Assembly (NCBI GenBank): GCA_030765735.1
Contig: JAVCBZ010000026.1
Span: forward strand, 1 to 37,269
Length of the DNA stretch: 37,269 bases
From: Candidatus Susulua stagnicola
GTDB lineage: Bacteria; Omnitrophota; Gorgyraeia; Duberdicusellales; 4484-171
Direction: 5' to 3'
How positions within the stretch are numbered: the stretch's first letter is position 1; every line of letters begins with the position of its first letter. A model generated the notes under the pieces. That model worked only from the letters and a program-made list of their open reading frames with translations, did no database searches and was not told where the DNA came from. Shown here in pieces: positions 29,793 through 37,269 of the stretch. A program made the position numbers and the translations under genes.

Positions 29793-31072
29793 AGTTGTTA
29801 ATAAAAAATTCAATTCTAGTTAATGCTAACGAGACAATTAAAGCTAATTTACTTATTGAGAACGGGAAGATAATTAGTATTGGCAAAGATATCAAAGAGG
29901 CTGACAAGGAAATAGATGCCAAAGGTAAGCATATTTTCCCTGGTTTTATTGATTTGCATACTCATTTACGTACTCCAGGTAGAGAAGGGGAAGAAGATAT
30001 CTTAAGTGGTTCGACTGCTGCTGCTAAGGGAGGGTTTACTACAATTCTTTGTACGCCTAATACTGAGCCAGCAATAGATAATGAGGGCTTGGCTAAGTGG
30101 ATAAGAGAAGAAAGTCAAAGCGTTGGCTTAATAGATATTTACCCAATAGGGGCAATAACTATGAACAGAGAAGGAAAGAAACTAACTGAATTTGGAGCCT
30201 TGAAAAAAGCTGGTTGCCTTGCTTTAAGTGATGATGGGGTTTCGGTAGAGGATACTTTAGTCTTAAGACGGGCTTATGAATATGCTAAGATGTTTGATCT
30301 TTTGGTTATTTCACATTGTGAAGATAGTCAGTTATCTCATGGAGGTAGTATGAGGGAGAGTTTTATTTCATCTAAATATGGGATAGCTGGTATTCCTGAT
30401 ATTGCTGAAAGTTTGATTGTTGCTCGCAATATTGAACTAGCTAAATATCTAGGTGCTAGGATTCATCTTGCTCACATAAGTAGTGCTAAAAGCATAGAGA
30501 TAATAAAAAGAGCTAAAAAAGAAGGAGTAAAAGTCACTGCTGAGACTTGTCCACATTATTTTACTCTAACTATTGATGATCTAGAGAGAGAAGGTTTTCC
30601 GGGAAATTATAAAGTTAACCCGCCATTAGGAGATAAAAAAGATCTTATAGCCATAAAAAAAGCTTTAGCAGATGGCACTATTGATTGCATTGCTACTGAT
30701 CATGCTCCACATTCCTTAGCTGAAAAAGAACTACCATTTGAGCTTGCACCATTTGGTTTTATTGGGTTAGAGATGGCTTTTTCCTTAACCAATAGTTATT
30801 TAGTAAAGGATAAAACTCTTAGCTTAGAAGATGTGGCTAATAAACTTTCAACTCAACCAGCAGCTATTGCTAGGTTAGATAAGCGTGGGAAAATCGCACA
30901 AGGCTATATAGCTGATTTAGTTATCACTGATTTAACCAGGAAGTGGAAAGTAGAAGGGAAAAACTTAGCCTCCAAATCTATGAATACACCATTTTTAGGC
31001 CACGAGTTAGAAGGAACGATAGAACAAACCATTAAAAAGGGTAAAGTTATTTATTCCCGCCTTAAAGACTAA
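29789..31072 (+). CDS. pyrC: Dihydroorotase
   Basis: PGFIDLHTHLRTPG, SHCED, ETCPHY, KVNPPL, ATDHAPH. Confidence 0.95.
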   Translation: MKLLIKNSILVNANETIKANLLIENGKIISIGKDIKEADKEIDAKGKHIFPGFIDLHTHLRTPGREGEEDILSGSTAAAKGGFTTILCTPNTEPAIDNEGLAKWIREESQSVGLIDIYPIGAITMNREGKKLTEFGALKKAGCLALSDDGVSVEDTLVLRRAYEYAKMFDLLVISHCEDSQLSHGGSMRESFISSKYGIAGIPDIAESLIVARNIELAKYLGARIHLAHISSAKSIEIIKRAKKEGVKVTAETCPHYFTLTIDDLEREGFPGNYKVNPPLGDKKDLIAIKKALADGTIDCIATDHAPHSLAEKELPFELAPFGFIGLEMAFSLTNSYLVKDKTLSLEDVANKLSTQPAAIARLDKRGKIAQGYIADLVITDLTRKWKVEGKNLASKSMNTPFLGHELEGTIEQTIKKGKVIYSRLKD

Positions 31073-31279
31073 TTTCAATATATCTTTTGACACTTTTAGC
31101 TATTGGAGCGATAATTTAGAAAAATTAACAACCAAATGTTTTAGGGAGTAAATATTGTGTTGATAAGAAAAGTAAGAGATAAGGAGATTGAAGTAATTTC
31201 TGGTTACGGCAGAGAGTATGGTATAATTAATATCTTTGGTGGATAGATAAAAGAATAATAAAAATTAATCTAAATAAAA

Positions 31280-31318
31280 GTCCCCGTAGCTTCCACCTAC
31301 GCTAAAGCTACGGTGGAC
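31280..31318. repeat. REP-like palindrome
   Basis: GTCCCCGTAGCTT-CCACCTACGCTA-AAGCTACGGTGGAC; two alternative pairings (CCGTAGCTT/AAGCTACGG and TCCACC/GGTGGA). Confidence 0.65.
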
Positions 31319-31389
31319 TAATTCGACTATATAATTTTTCTGCATTTTTGGCTTGAAAAATTATAGTCTCATTGAGCAACGGATACATT

Positions 31390-31461
31390 GCCCCTTTAGC
31401 TTAACGGATAAAGCACAAGCCTCCGGAGCTTGGGATGGAAGTTCGATTCTTCCAAGGGGCA
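31390..31461 (+). tRNA. tRNA-Arg(CCG)
   Basis: GCCCCTT/AAGGGGC acceptor, CAAGC-CTCCGGA-GCTTG, GGAAG-TTCGATT-CTTCC; no encoded CCA. Confidence 0.95.
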
Positions 31462-31484
31462 TTAAAAATAAGTTATATCATTCT

Positions 31485-31754
31485 AGCTCTGAAGCAAAAG
31501 ATGCTAATCAATATGTAGATGTTAAAATTCCTACTGGGTTAGGTTATGCTAGAAATATTTTGGTAGTAAGGGCTTCAGATGCAATAGTCGCTATTAATGG
31601 AGAGAATGGAACTTTGTCAGAAATTGCTTTTGGTCTTGATGAAGAAAAAATAATTGTTGGTATAGAAACTTGGCAAATAAAGGGAGTAAAAAAAGTAAAT
31701 AGTGCTCAGGAAGCAGTGAACTATATAAAGAAAAAGGTGAAAAATGCTAAATAA
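31485..31754 (+). pseudogene. 5'-truncated LOG/TIGR00725-family gene
   Basis: DANQYVDVKIPTGLGYARNILVVRASDAIVAING.NGTLSEIAF is the family C-terminal half; the N-terminal half and a credible start are missing. Confidence 0.7.
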
Positions 31755-32256
31755 AAAAGAAATCAATCATTTAATTAAAGAAAAAAACTTAATTGAGAAT
31801 TATATTAACTTAGATAAACAATTGGCTCCTAATGGCTTTGATTTAACTGTTGGTAAAATTTTTGAATTTGAATCTGCTGGAGACATAGATTTTTCTAACT
31901 CTGAGAGAGTAGTTCCCCAGGGAAAAGAATTGATTCCAGAAAAAATAAAGCAAGAGGATACATGTGGATGGTGGGTGTTACCACAAGGTGCCTACAAAAT
32001 AAGGACCAATGAGGCTGTAAATTTACCTAATAATTTAGCGGCTTTAGGGTTTACACGTACTTCACTTCTTAGAATGGGAGCGCTCACCCAAAATGGGGTT
32101 TGGGATGCTGGCTTTAAGGGTAAGGGTGAATTTATTTTAGTAGTTTCAAACTCAAAAGGAATAAATATTAAACAAAATGCTAGAGTTGTCCAACTAATAT
32201 TTATTGGACTTGAAGAGACAGAAGAGTATCAAGGAATTTTTAAAAATTTAAAGTAA
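31744..32256 (+). CDS. Trimeric dUTPase / dCTP deaminase family protein (archaeal-like dUTPase)
   Basis: QLAPNGFDLT, RTSLLRMG, VWDAGFKG, NARVVQLIF, YQG. Confidence 0.85.
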   Translation: MLNKKEINHLIKEKNLIENYINLDKQLAPNGFDLTVGKIFEFESAGDIDFSNSERVVPQGKELIPEKIKQEDTCGWWVLPQGAYKIRTNEAVNLPNNLAALGFTRTSLLRMGALTQNGVWDAGFKGKGEFILVVSNSKGINIKQNARVVQLIFIGLEETEEYQGIFKNLK

Positions 32257-32268
32257 AAATCGATAAAT

Positions 32269-32505
32269 ATGGATCAAGGGCATTTTGATTATAAGAGTGT
32301 GTCTGAAGAGAGCGAAAGTTTAGATTTTGAAAAGTTAGTTCCTTGCCCACATTGTAATAAACCTATTCCTAACGATGCAACAATGTGTCTTTATTGTGGG
32401 GAAGAGGTTTCTTTTTCTAAAAAAAGTCCCTGGTTTTTAAGCGTAGCCATTATATTAATAATAGTTTTACTATTGTTTTTTCTAAAATCTATTAAAGGGG
32501 GATAA
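32269..32505 (+). CDS. Zinc-ribbon membrane protein
   Basis: CPHC-x10-CLYC plus C-terminal TM helix. Confidence 0.75.
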   Translation: MDQGHFDYKSVSEESESLDFEKLVPCPHCNKPIPNDATMCLYCGEEVSFSKKSPWFLSVAIILIIVLLLFFLKSIKGG

Positions 32506-33306
32506 ATGCCTGAATTGCCAGAAGTTGAGACAATAAAAAGAGAACTTGTTGTAAAAATTACCAATAAAAAAATTGTTAATTTTAAAACAACTAAATCAAC
32601 ACTTATCAAAGAGCCTTCAGCCAATGAATTTAAAAAAGGTATAATTGGCCAAGAAGTTAAACAAGTAATCCGTAAAGCAAAATTACTTATAATTAAATTA
32701 GAAGAAGATAAATTTTTAGTAATTCACTTAAGAATAGCTGGCTGGCTTCTTTATGGAGAGGAAGACCCTGGAGCTCGAGCAGTGTTTTACCTCTCAGATG
32801 GAAAGGTCTTAAATTATATGGATTCCAGAGTGTTGGGAGAATTAAGACTATGCAAAGATTATAAGGATTTAAACTTTATAAAAAAATTAGGCCCTGAAGC
32901 TTTAGACATAAGCTTAAGTAAATTTAGAGAAACGCTGGTTTCTAAAAAAACTAAAATAAAAGTTCTTCTTTTGGATCAAACCTTAATCTCTGGATTAGGG
33001 AATATCTATGTTCAAGAAGCTTTATTTTTAGCTAAAATAGATCCGCGAAGAACAGCTAATTCCTTAAGTGAAAAAGAGATAAAATTACTTCATGAGAAAA
33101 TAGTTTCAATATTAAAAGAAGCTATAAAATATAAAGGATCTTCAGTTAACAGCTATAGGGATTTAGGTGGCGACAGGGGTGGCATGGAGAAGCGATTGAA
33201 AGTATATGGGAAAAAAGACGAAAGCTGCTACTTTTGCAAAAAACCTTTGACGAAAATATTTTTAGGAGGAAGAGGGACTTGTTTTTGTTCCCATTGTCAG
33301 AAATGA
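32506..33306 (+). CDS. mutM: Formamidopyrimidine-DNA glycosylase
   Basis: MPELPEVET, H2TH GLGNIY, C-terminal zinc finger GRGTCFCSHCQ. Confidence 0.97.
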   Translation: MPELPEVETIKRELVVKITNKKIVNFKTTKSTLIKEPSANEFKKGIIGQEVKQVIRKAKLLIIKLEEDKFLVIHLRIAGWLLYGEEDPGARAVFYLSDGKVLNYMDSRVLGELRLCKDYKDLNFIKKLGPEALDISLSKFRETLVSKKTKIKVLLLDQTLISGLGNIYVQEALFLAKIDPRRTANSLSEKEIKLLHEKIVSILKEAIKYKGSSVNSYRDLGGDRGGMEKRLKVYGKKDESCYFCKKPLTKIFLGGRGTCFCSHCQK

Positions 33307-35129
33307 GTGACTCTCTTAATCATCTTTATAATTTAAAACCACCTTATGTGTTTCTTGATACTATGGACAAGGCCCAAGAAGAGAAAAGTTCCTTTTTATT
33401 TTCTAACTTTAAAGATGTTGTTATTTTCAAGGCAGGGGACGATTTAGAGTTATTTTTTAAAAAATTAGAAAATTATTCCAAAAAAGGCTATTGGCTTGCT
33501 GGTTATTTTTCTTATGAATTTGGATATTTTTTAGAACCAGCTTATCGACTTTTAAGAGTAGGATTAAAAGGACCATTAGCTTGGGTAGGGGTGTGTAGGA
33601 AACCGATAATAACAAATAAAAATAAAAGCACTAATCAACAAAGCTCTAATTTTTCCTTAGGTGAGCCTGCATACAAAATAGAAAATATAAAACCAAACAT
33701 TAGTCAGACAGAATATAATCAGAAAATAAAAAAAATAAAACAATATCTTAAACAAGGGATCACTTATCAAGTTAATTTTACTTTTAAAGAAAAGTTTTTT
33801 TTTAAAGGGAATGCGGTAAGTTTATATTCGGATTTAAGAAAGGCCCAGCCAACCTCTTATTCAGCATTAATTAATACTAAGCAAGAGCAGATACTTTCAT
33901 TATCGCCAGAGTTATTTTTTAAAACAGACAAGAATGAAATTATTGCTCGGCCAATGAAAGGGACAACCAAGAGAGGAGAAACAAAAGAGAAAGATTGCAA
34001 AAGCAGGAGTGAATTAAAAAATAGCAAAAAAATAAAAGCTGAGAATTTAATGATAGTAGATTTATTACGAAATGATTTAGGAAGAATTTCTGAATTAGTG
34101 CGGACGCCTAAGCTTTTTGATATTGAGAAACATCCTACTTTGTATCAAATGACTTCAACCATAGAAGGAAAACTAAAGAGGAATATAAGATTAAAAGAGA
34201 TGTTTTCTTCCTTGTTTCCCTGTGGGTCAGTAACTGGAGCACCTAAGATAAAAACAATTGAGATTATAAAAGAATTAGAGAAAGAACCTAGAGGGATATA
34301 TACTGGGGCAATTGGCTATATTTCACCGAAGAAGAAAAGTTGTTTTAATGTTGCCATAAGAACTGTTTGGATTAAAAGGAATAAAGGAGAATTAGGTATT
34401 GGTGGAGGGATAGTTTATGATTCTAAGGCTAAGGATGAATATGAGGAAGCTTTGCTTAAGGGAAAATTTTTTCGAGATGGGTTAGAAAAAACAGGGCTTA
34501 TTGAAAGCATTCTTTGGGATAAGAGCAAAGGGTATTTTCTCTTGGGTTTACATCTAAAGAGATTAAGAAAATCAGCTCAATATTTTTCTTATCCTTATCG
34601 AGAGAAAGAGATTAAAGATAAGTTAAGACAAATAATAAAAAATAAAAAAAGAGATGTAAAGGTAAGACTGGTCTTATTTTTTGATGGGAGGATTAATGTT
34701 AAAGCAGAGACTTTAAAAAAAATCAAAAGTCCGGTCAAGATAAGAATTAGTGAAAAGAGAATAGACTCTAAGAATAGATTTCTTTATCATAAAACCACTA
34801 ATAGAACATTTTACGACCAAGAAAGAAGCAAGGGTTTAGCTAAGGGTTACTTTGAAACTATTTTTTTAAATCAGGAAGGACAACTTACCGAAGGAGCCAT
34901 TAGCAATATATTTATCTTAAAGAACAAAAAGCTATATACGCCATTGGTTAAGAGTGGTCTTTTACCAGGGGTATTAAGAGAAAGCCTTATAAGCAAAGAA
35001 AAAGCCAAAGAAAAAGTACTCTATTTAAAGGATTTGGAAACTGCTGAAGAAATCTACATAGGAAATTCTGTGAGAAAGCTTTTATTCGTAAGAAAGCCTT
35101 GGTTTTCTTCCATTGTTAAACCAAGATAA
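33303..35129 (+). CDS. pabB: Aminodeoxychorismate synthase component I fused to ADC lyase (class IV aminotransferase fold)
   Basis: YQVNFT, SPELFF, RPMKGT, ENLMIVDLLRND, FPCGSVTGAPK; then HKTT, EGAISNIF, GLLPGV, GNSVR; ATG at 33303 overlaps mutM stop. Confidence 0.9.
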   Translation: MSDSLNHLYNLKPPYVFLDTMDKAQEEKSSFLFSNFKDVVIFKAGDDLELFFKKLENYSKKGYWLAGYFSYEFGYFLEPAYRLLRVGLKGPLAWVGVCRKPIITNKNKSTNQQSSNFSLGEPAYKIENIKPNISQTEYNQKIKKIKQYLKQGITYQVNFTFKEKFFFKGNAVSLYSDLRKAQPTSYSALINTKQEQILSLSPELFFKTDKNEIIARPMKGTTKRGETKEKDCKSRSELKNSKKIKAENLMIVDLLRNDLGRISELVRTPKLFDIEKHPTLYQMTSTIEGKLKRNIRLKEMFSSLFPCGSVTGAPKIKTIEIIKELEKEPRGIYTGAIGYISPKKKSCFNVAIRTVWIKRNKGELGIGGGIVYDSKAKDEYEEALLKGKFFRDGLEKTGLIESILWDKSKGYFLLGLHLKRLRKSAQYFSYPYREKEIKDKLRQIIKNKKRDVKVRLVLFFDGRINVKAETLKKIKSPVKIRISEKRIDSKNRFLYHKTTNRTFYDQERSKGLAKGYFETIFLNQEGQLTEGAISNIFILKNKKLYTPLVKSGLLPGVLRESLISKEKAKEKVLYLKDLETAEEIYIGNSVRKLLFVRKPWFSSIVKPR

Positions 35130-35149
35130 TCTGCTATAATGCTGAAAGT

Positions 35150-35926
35150 ATGAGCAAGTTTGATGCCCCTAAAGAACTTACCGTAAGAGTTAAAAAAATT
35201 AGTAAAGTTAAGAATGATATTTTTCTTTTAAGCTTTGATTCTGTTTATATCTCAAAAAAAGCTTATCCTGGACAATTTATTCATATTAAGATAATTAAAA
35301 CTATTTTAAGAAGGCCGTTTAGCATACATTGTGTTAAGGGAAAAACTGTATTTGTTCTTTTTAGAATTAGAGGACGAGGGACTAAGATTTTGGCTGAGTA
35401 TAAAACTGGAGATAAATTAAATATGATTGGTCCTTTAGGAAAGGGATTTAGCTTGAATATTAAAAGTAGTAGGAATATTCTTCTTGGCGGGGGGTTAGGC
35501 GTTGCGCCATTAGTTTTTCTTGCTGATAGATTAAAGGAACTTAAGCCGATTATTATTTTAGGAGCAAAAAATAAAGATGAAGTTATATGCGTGGATAAGT
35601 TTAAAAGGAGAGGGAGCAAAGTTTATCTTGCAACTGAAGATGGGTCAATTGGTAAGAAGGGTACTGCAGTAGATATCTTAAAAAGTTTTTTTAATAAATT
35701 TAACAAGAGTGATAAAATAAATTTGTATGCTTGTGGACCTGAAGGCATGTTTAAAGGAATAAGAAAAGCTATTGGTAATAATAAAAATGTAAATTGCCAA
35801 GTTTCTTTTGAGCAGTTTATGGGCTGTGGAATAGGAGTCTGTTGTGGATGTACTATTGAGACTAAGAATGGTTACAAAAAAGTATGTAAAGATGGTCCGG
35901 TGTTTGATATCAACGATATTTGGTAG
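35150..35926 (+). CDS. pyrK: Dihydroorotate dehydrogenase electron transfer subunit
   Basis: PGQF, LRRPFSI, GPLGKGF, GGGLGVAP, ACGP, MGCGIGVCCGC...VCKDGPVF. Confidence 0.9.
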   Translation: MSKFDAPKELTVRVKKISKVKNDIFLLSFDSVYISKKAYPGQFIHIKIIKTILRRPFSIHCVKGKTVFVLFRIRGRGTKILAEYKTGDKLNMIGPLGKGFSLNIKSSRNILLGGGLGVAPLVFLADRLKELKPIIILGAKNKDEVICVDKFKRRGSKVYLATEDGSIGKKGTAVDILKSFFNKFNKSDKINLYACGPEGMFKGIRKAIGNNKNVNCQVSFEQFMGCGIGVCCGCTIETKNGYKKVCKDGPVFDINDIW

Positions 35927-35941
35927 AAGAGAGGTATAGGT

Positions 35942-36298
35942 ATGTGGTATACGTATATAGCTTTAGGATTAGGGGCAGGAATTGCTAGCGGGTTCTTGGG
36001 TATTGGCGGAGGGTCAATACTAATTCCAGTAATGGTATATATGTTTGGGCTTACTCAACATCAAGCTCAAGGCACAACTTTAGCTTTAATGATTCCACCG
36101 ATAGGCTTGTTAGCTGCTTGGAAGTATTACTCTGAAGGCAACGTTAAATTAAACATGGCGACCTTTATCTGTATTGGATTTTTATTTGGAGCATTAATCG
36201 GGGCAATTTTTGTTCACAAAGTACCAGCTCCTATATTAAAGAAGGTCTTTGGGATATTTCTATTTTTAATATCTTTAAAAATGATTTTAGGAAAATGA
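35942..36298 (+). CDS. TauE/SafE (TSUP) family permease, single-repeat
   Basis: AGIASGFLGIGGGSILIP, QHQAQGTTL. Confidence 0.85.
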   Translation: MWYTYIALGLGAGIASGFLGIGGGSILIPVMVYMFGLTQHQAQGTTLALMIPPIGLLAAWKYYSEGNVKLNMATFICIGFLFGALIGAIFVHKVPAPILKKVFGIFLFLISLKMILGK

Positions 36299-36335
36299 AA
36301 TAACAGGGTCCGGTCTCTACATATTTTGTTATATT

Positions 36336-36692
36336 CTAAAAATAGATTCCCAAATGTATAAGCAGAGAGTTTTCAATTTCTTTTAGTTTTTTAAGCGAAG
36401 CTTTCCCCAAAGGTTTTATCAGCCGTTTCTTATCTATAGTTCTTATCTGGTTGCATTTTACTTTAGAATTTTTAGGGAGTCCTGATTCTTGAGAGGGTAG
36501 AAGTGTTTCGAAAGGGTAAATCTTTTCTGTATTAGAAGTGATAGGAAGAACAGTTACGGTTTGCGCAACTTGATTGTTTATGTCATTGGAAATTATTAAA
36601 GCGGGACGAGTTTTATTAATTTCGGAGCCAATCGTTGGATCTAAACATACAAGATAAATTTCGCCCCTTTCCGGATGTTTTTTTAATCCCAT
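36336..36692 (-). CDS. mazF: MazF/PemK-family toxin
   Basis: RGEIYLVCLDPTIGSEINKTRPALIISND, CNQIRTIDKKRL. Confidence 0.93.
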   Translation of the reverse strand: MGLKKHPERGEIYLVCLDPTIGSEINKTRPALIISNDINNQVAQTVTVLPITSNTEKIYPFETLLPSQESGLPKNSKVKCNQIRTIDKKRLIKPLGKASLKKLKEIENSLLIHLGIYF

Positions 36693-36904
36693 TCTTCTAG
36701 GCCTGCCTTTCCCCAGTTAGCTTGTAACTTCGTATCTTCTTTGGATGTTGCTTTGTATCCTTCTAATAGGAGATTCTCTATTTTTTCCTTCCTTTCTAGT
36801 TCAAACTTTTCTTCCAATGCTAAGGCAATGAAGCGACTTTTATTGCGTTTGCTTGTTAGTTTTTTTGCTATTTCATTTGGTAGTGTAATGTTCAAACGGG
36901 TCAT
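36683..36904 (-). CDS. Ribbon-helix-helix antitoxin (ATG at 36904 preferred)
   Basis: MTRLNITLP...NKSRFI..AL...LLEGY; AGGAGGTG RBS 6 nt upstream; overlaps toxin. Confidence 0.85.
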   Translation of the reverse strand: MTRLNITLPNEIAKKLTSKRNKSRFIALALEEKFELERKEKIENLLLEGYKATSKEDTKLQANWGKAGLEEWD

Positions 36905-36917
36905 GTGTATCACCTCC

Positions 36918-36953
36918 TGTATAAAGTATACAATATATTATGCGCATTGTCAA
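36918..36953 (-). promoter_or_regulatory. TA promoter with overlapping operator palindrome
   Basis: TTGACA-17 nt-TATACT; TGTATA-AAG-TATACA covers the -10. Confidence 0.75.
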
Positions 36954-37036
36954 TACACAAGCATTAAATATTCTGAAAACAGTTTCAGTGATATTTTTGG
37001 AATTTAAATTCTTAGTCTAACATTCAAACTCAGCTG

Positions 37037-37067
37037 CCCTTCGAAGTTCCGAAGGAGCGAAGTAGGG
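37037..37067. repeat. REP-like element
   Basis: CCCTTCGAAGTTCCGAAGGAGCGAAGTAGGG imperfect palindrome. Confidence 0.55.
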
Positions 37068-37118
37068 TCAGGTGCATTGGTTTGATATGTTTTATTTATT
37101 TTATCCAATTATATTTTA

Positions 37119-37268
37119 TCAAACCTTTGTTGCAGGGGCCAGGCCTGCCTGGCCCTTTACAGAATAATTTTTAATATTATTTTCATCGGCATCCCAATTC
37201 GCGGGATTATCTATAATGTATTTACGGATATTATATAGAGAATGATTACCGGTACGGATAATTTCGTC
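37119..37268 (-). CDS. C-terminus of REP-associated tyrosine (Y1/HUH) transposase, partial
   Basis: Manual translation DEIIRTGNHSLYNIRKYIIDNPANWDADENN... matches the IIR...YI..NP..W..D RAYT pattern. Confidence 0.75.
   Translation of the reverse strand, partial: DEIIRTGNHSLYNIRKYIIDNPANWDADENNIKNYSVKGQAGLAPATKV
37131..37161. repeat. GTAG-type REP palindrome
   Basis: TGCAGGGGCCAGG-CCTG-CCTGGCCCTTTACA inside the transposase 3' end. Confidence 0.7.
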
Positions 37269-37269
37269 G

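Noticed and set aside
31280-31292. GTCCCCGTAGCT as a tRNA 5' fragment
   Set aside because: Better explained as one arm of the adjacent palindrome; no D or anticodon arm follows
31353-31484. N-terminal part of ORF 31353-31754
   Set aside because: It is a translation of the tRNA-Arg gene; only the downstream part is protein-like
33234-33302. TTG start for pabB
   Set aside because: Overlaps the mutM zinc finger; ATG at 33303 gives a typical ATGA coupling

Overview
AT-rich bacterial chromosome segment spanning the replication origin (gene content and repeat style suggest an uncultured lineage such as Omnitrophota; this is inference only). Bases 1-~10360 are the right end of a genomic island integrated at the 3' end of tRNA-Asp(GTC). 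It carries a large serine recombinase whose ORF reads into the tRNA antisense strand, a small upstream ORF, ORF6N and XRE regulators, and a tightly coupled minus-strand defence cluster: ParB-like/HEPN-like protein, Dam-family methylase, then type I hsdM-hsdS-hsdR. The rest is core genome: tRNA Asp/Val/Leu/Cys, rpoZ-gmk-yicC-ndk, parAB with two variant parS sites, yidC-yidD-rpmH (no rnpA), dnaA-oriC-dnaN-dciA-gyrB-gyrA, tRNA-Glu, glmS, rsmI (with an in-frame palindromic insertion), PyrR-attenuated pyrR-pyrB-pyrC, tRNA-Arg, a truncated LOG-family gene, dUTPase, mutM, a pabB-pabC fusion, pyrK, a half-size TauE, a mazEF-type TA pair, and the 3' end of a REP-associated tyrosine transposase with REP-like palindromes. 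All calls were made by eye from motifs; no database searches were run.
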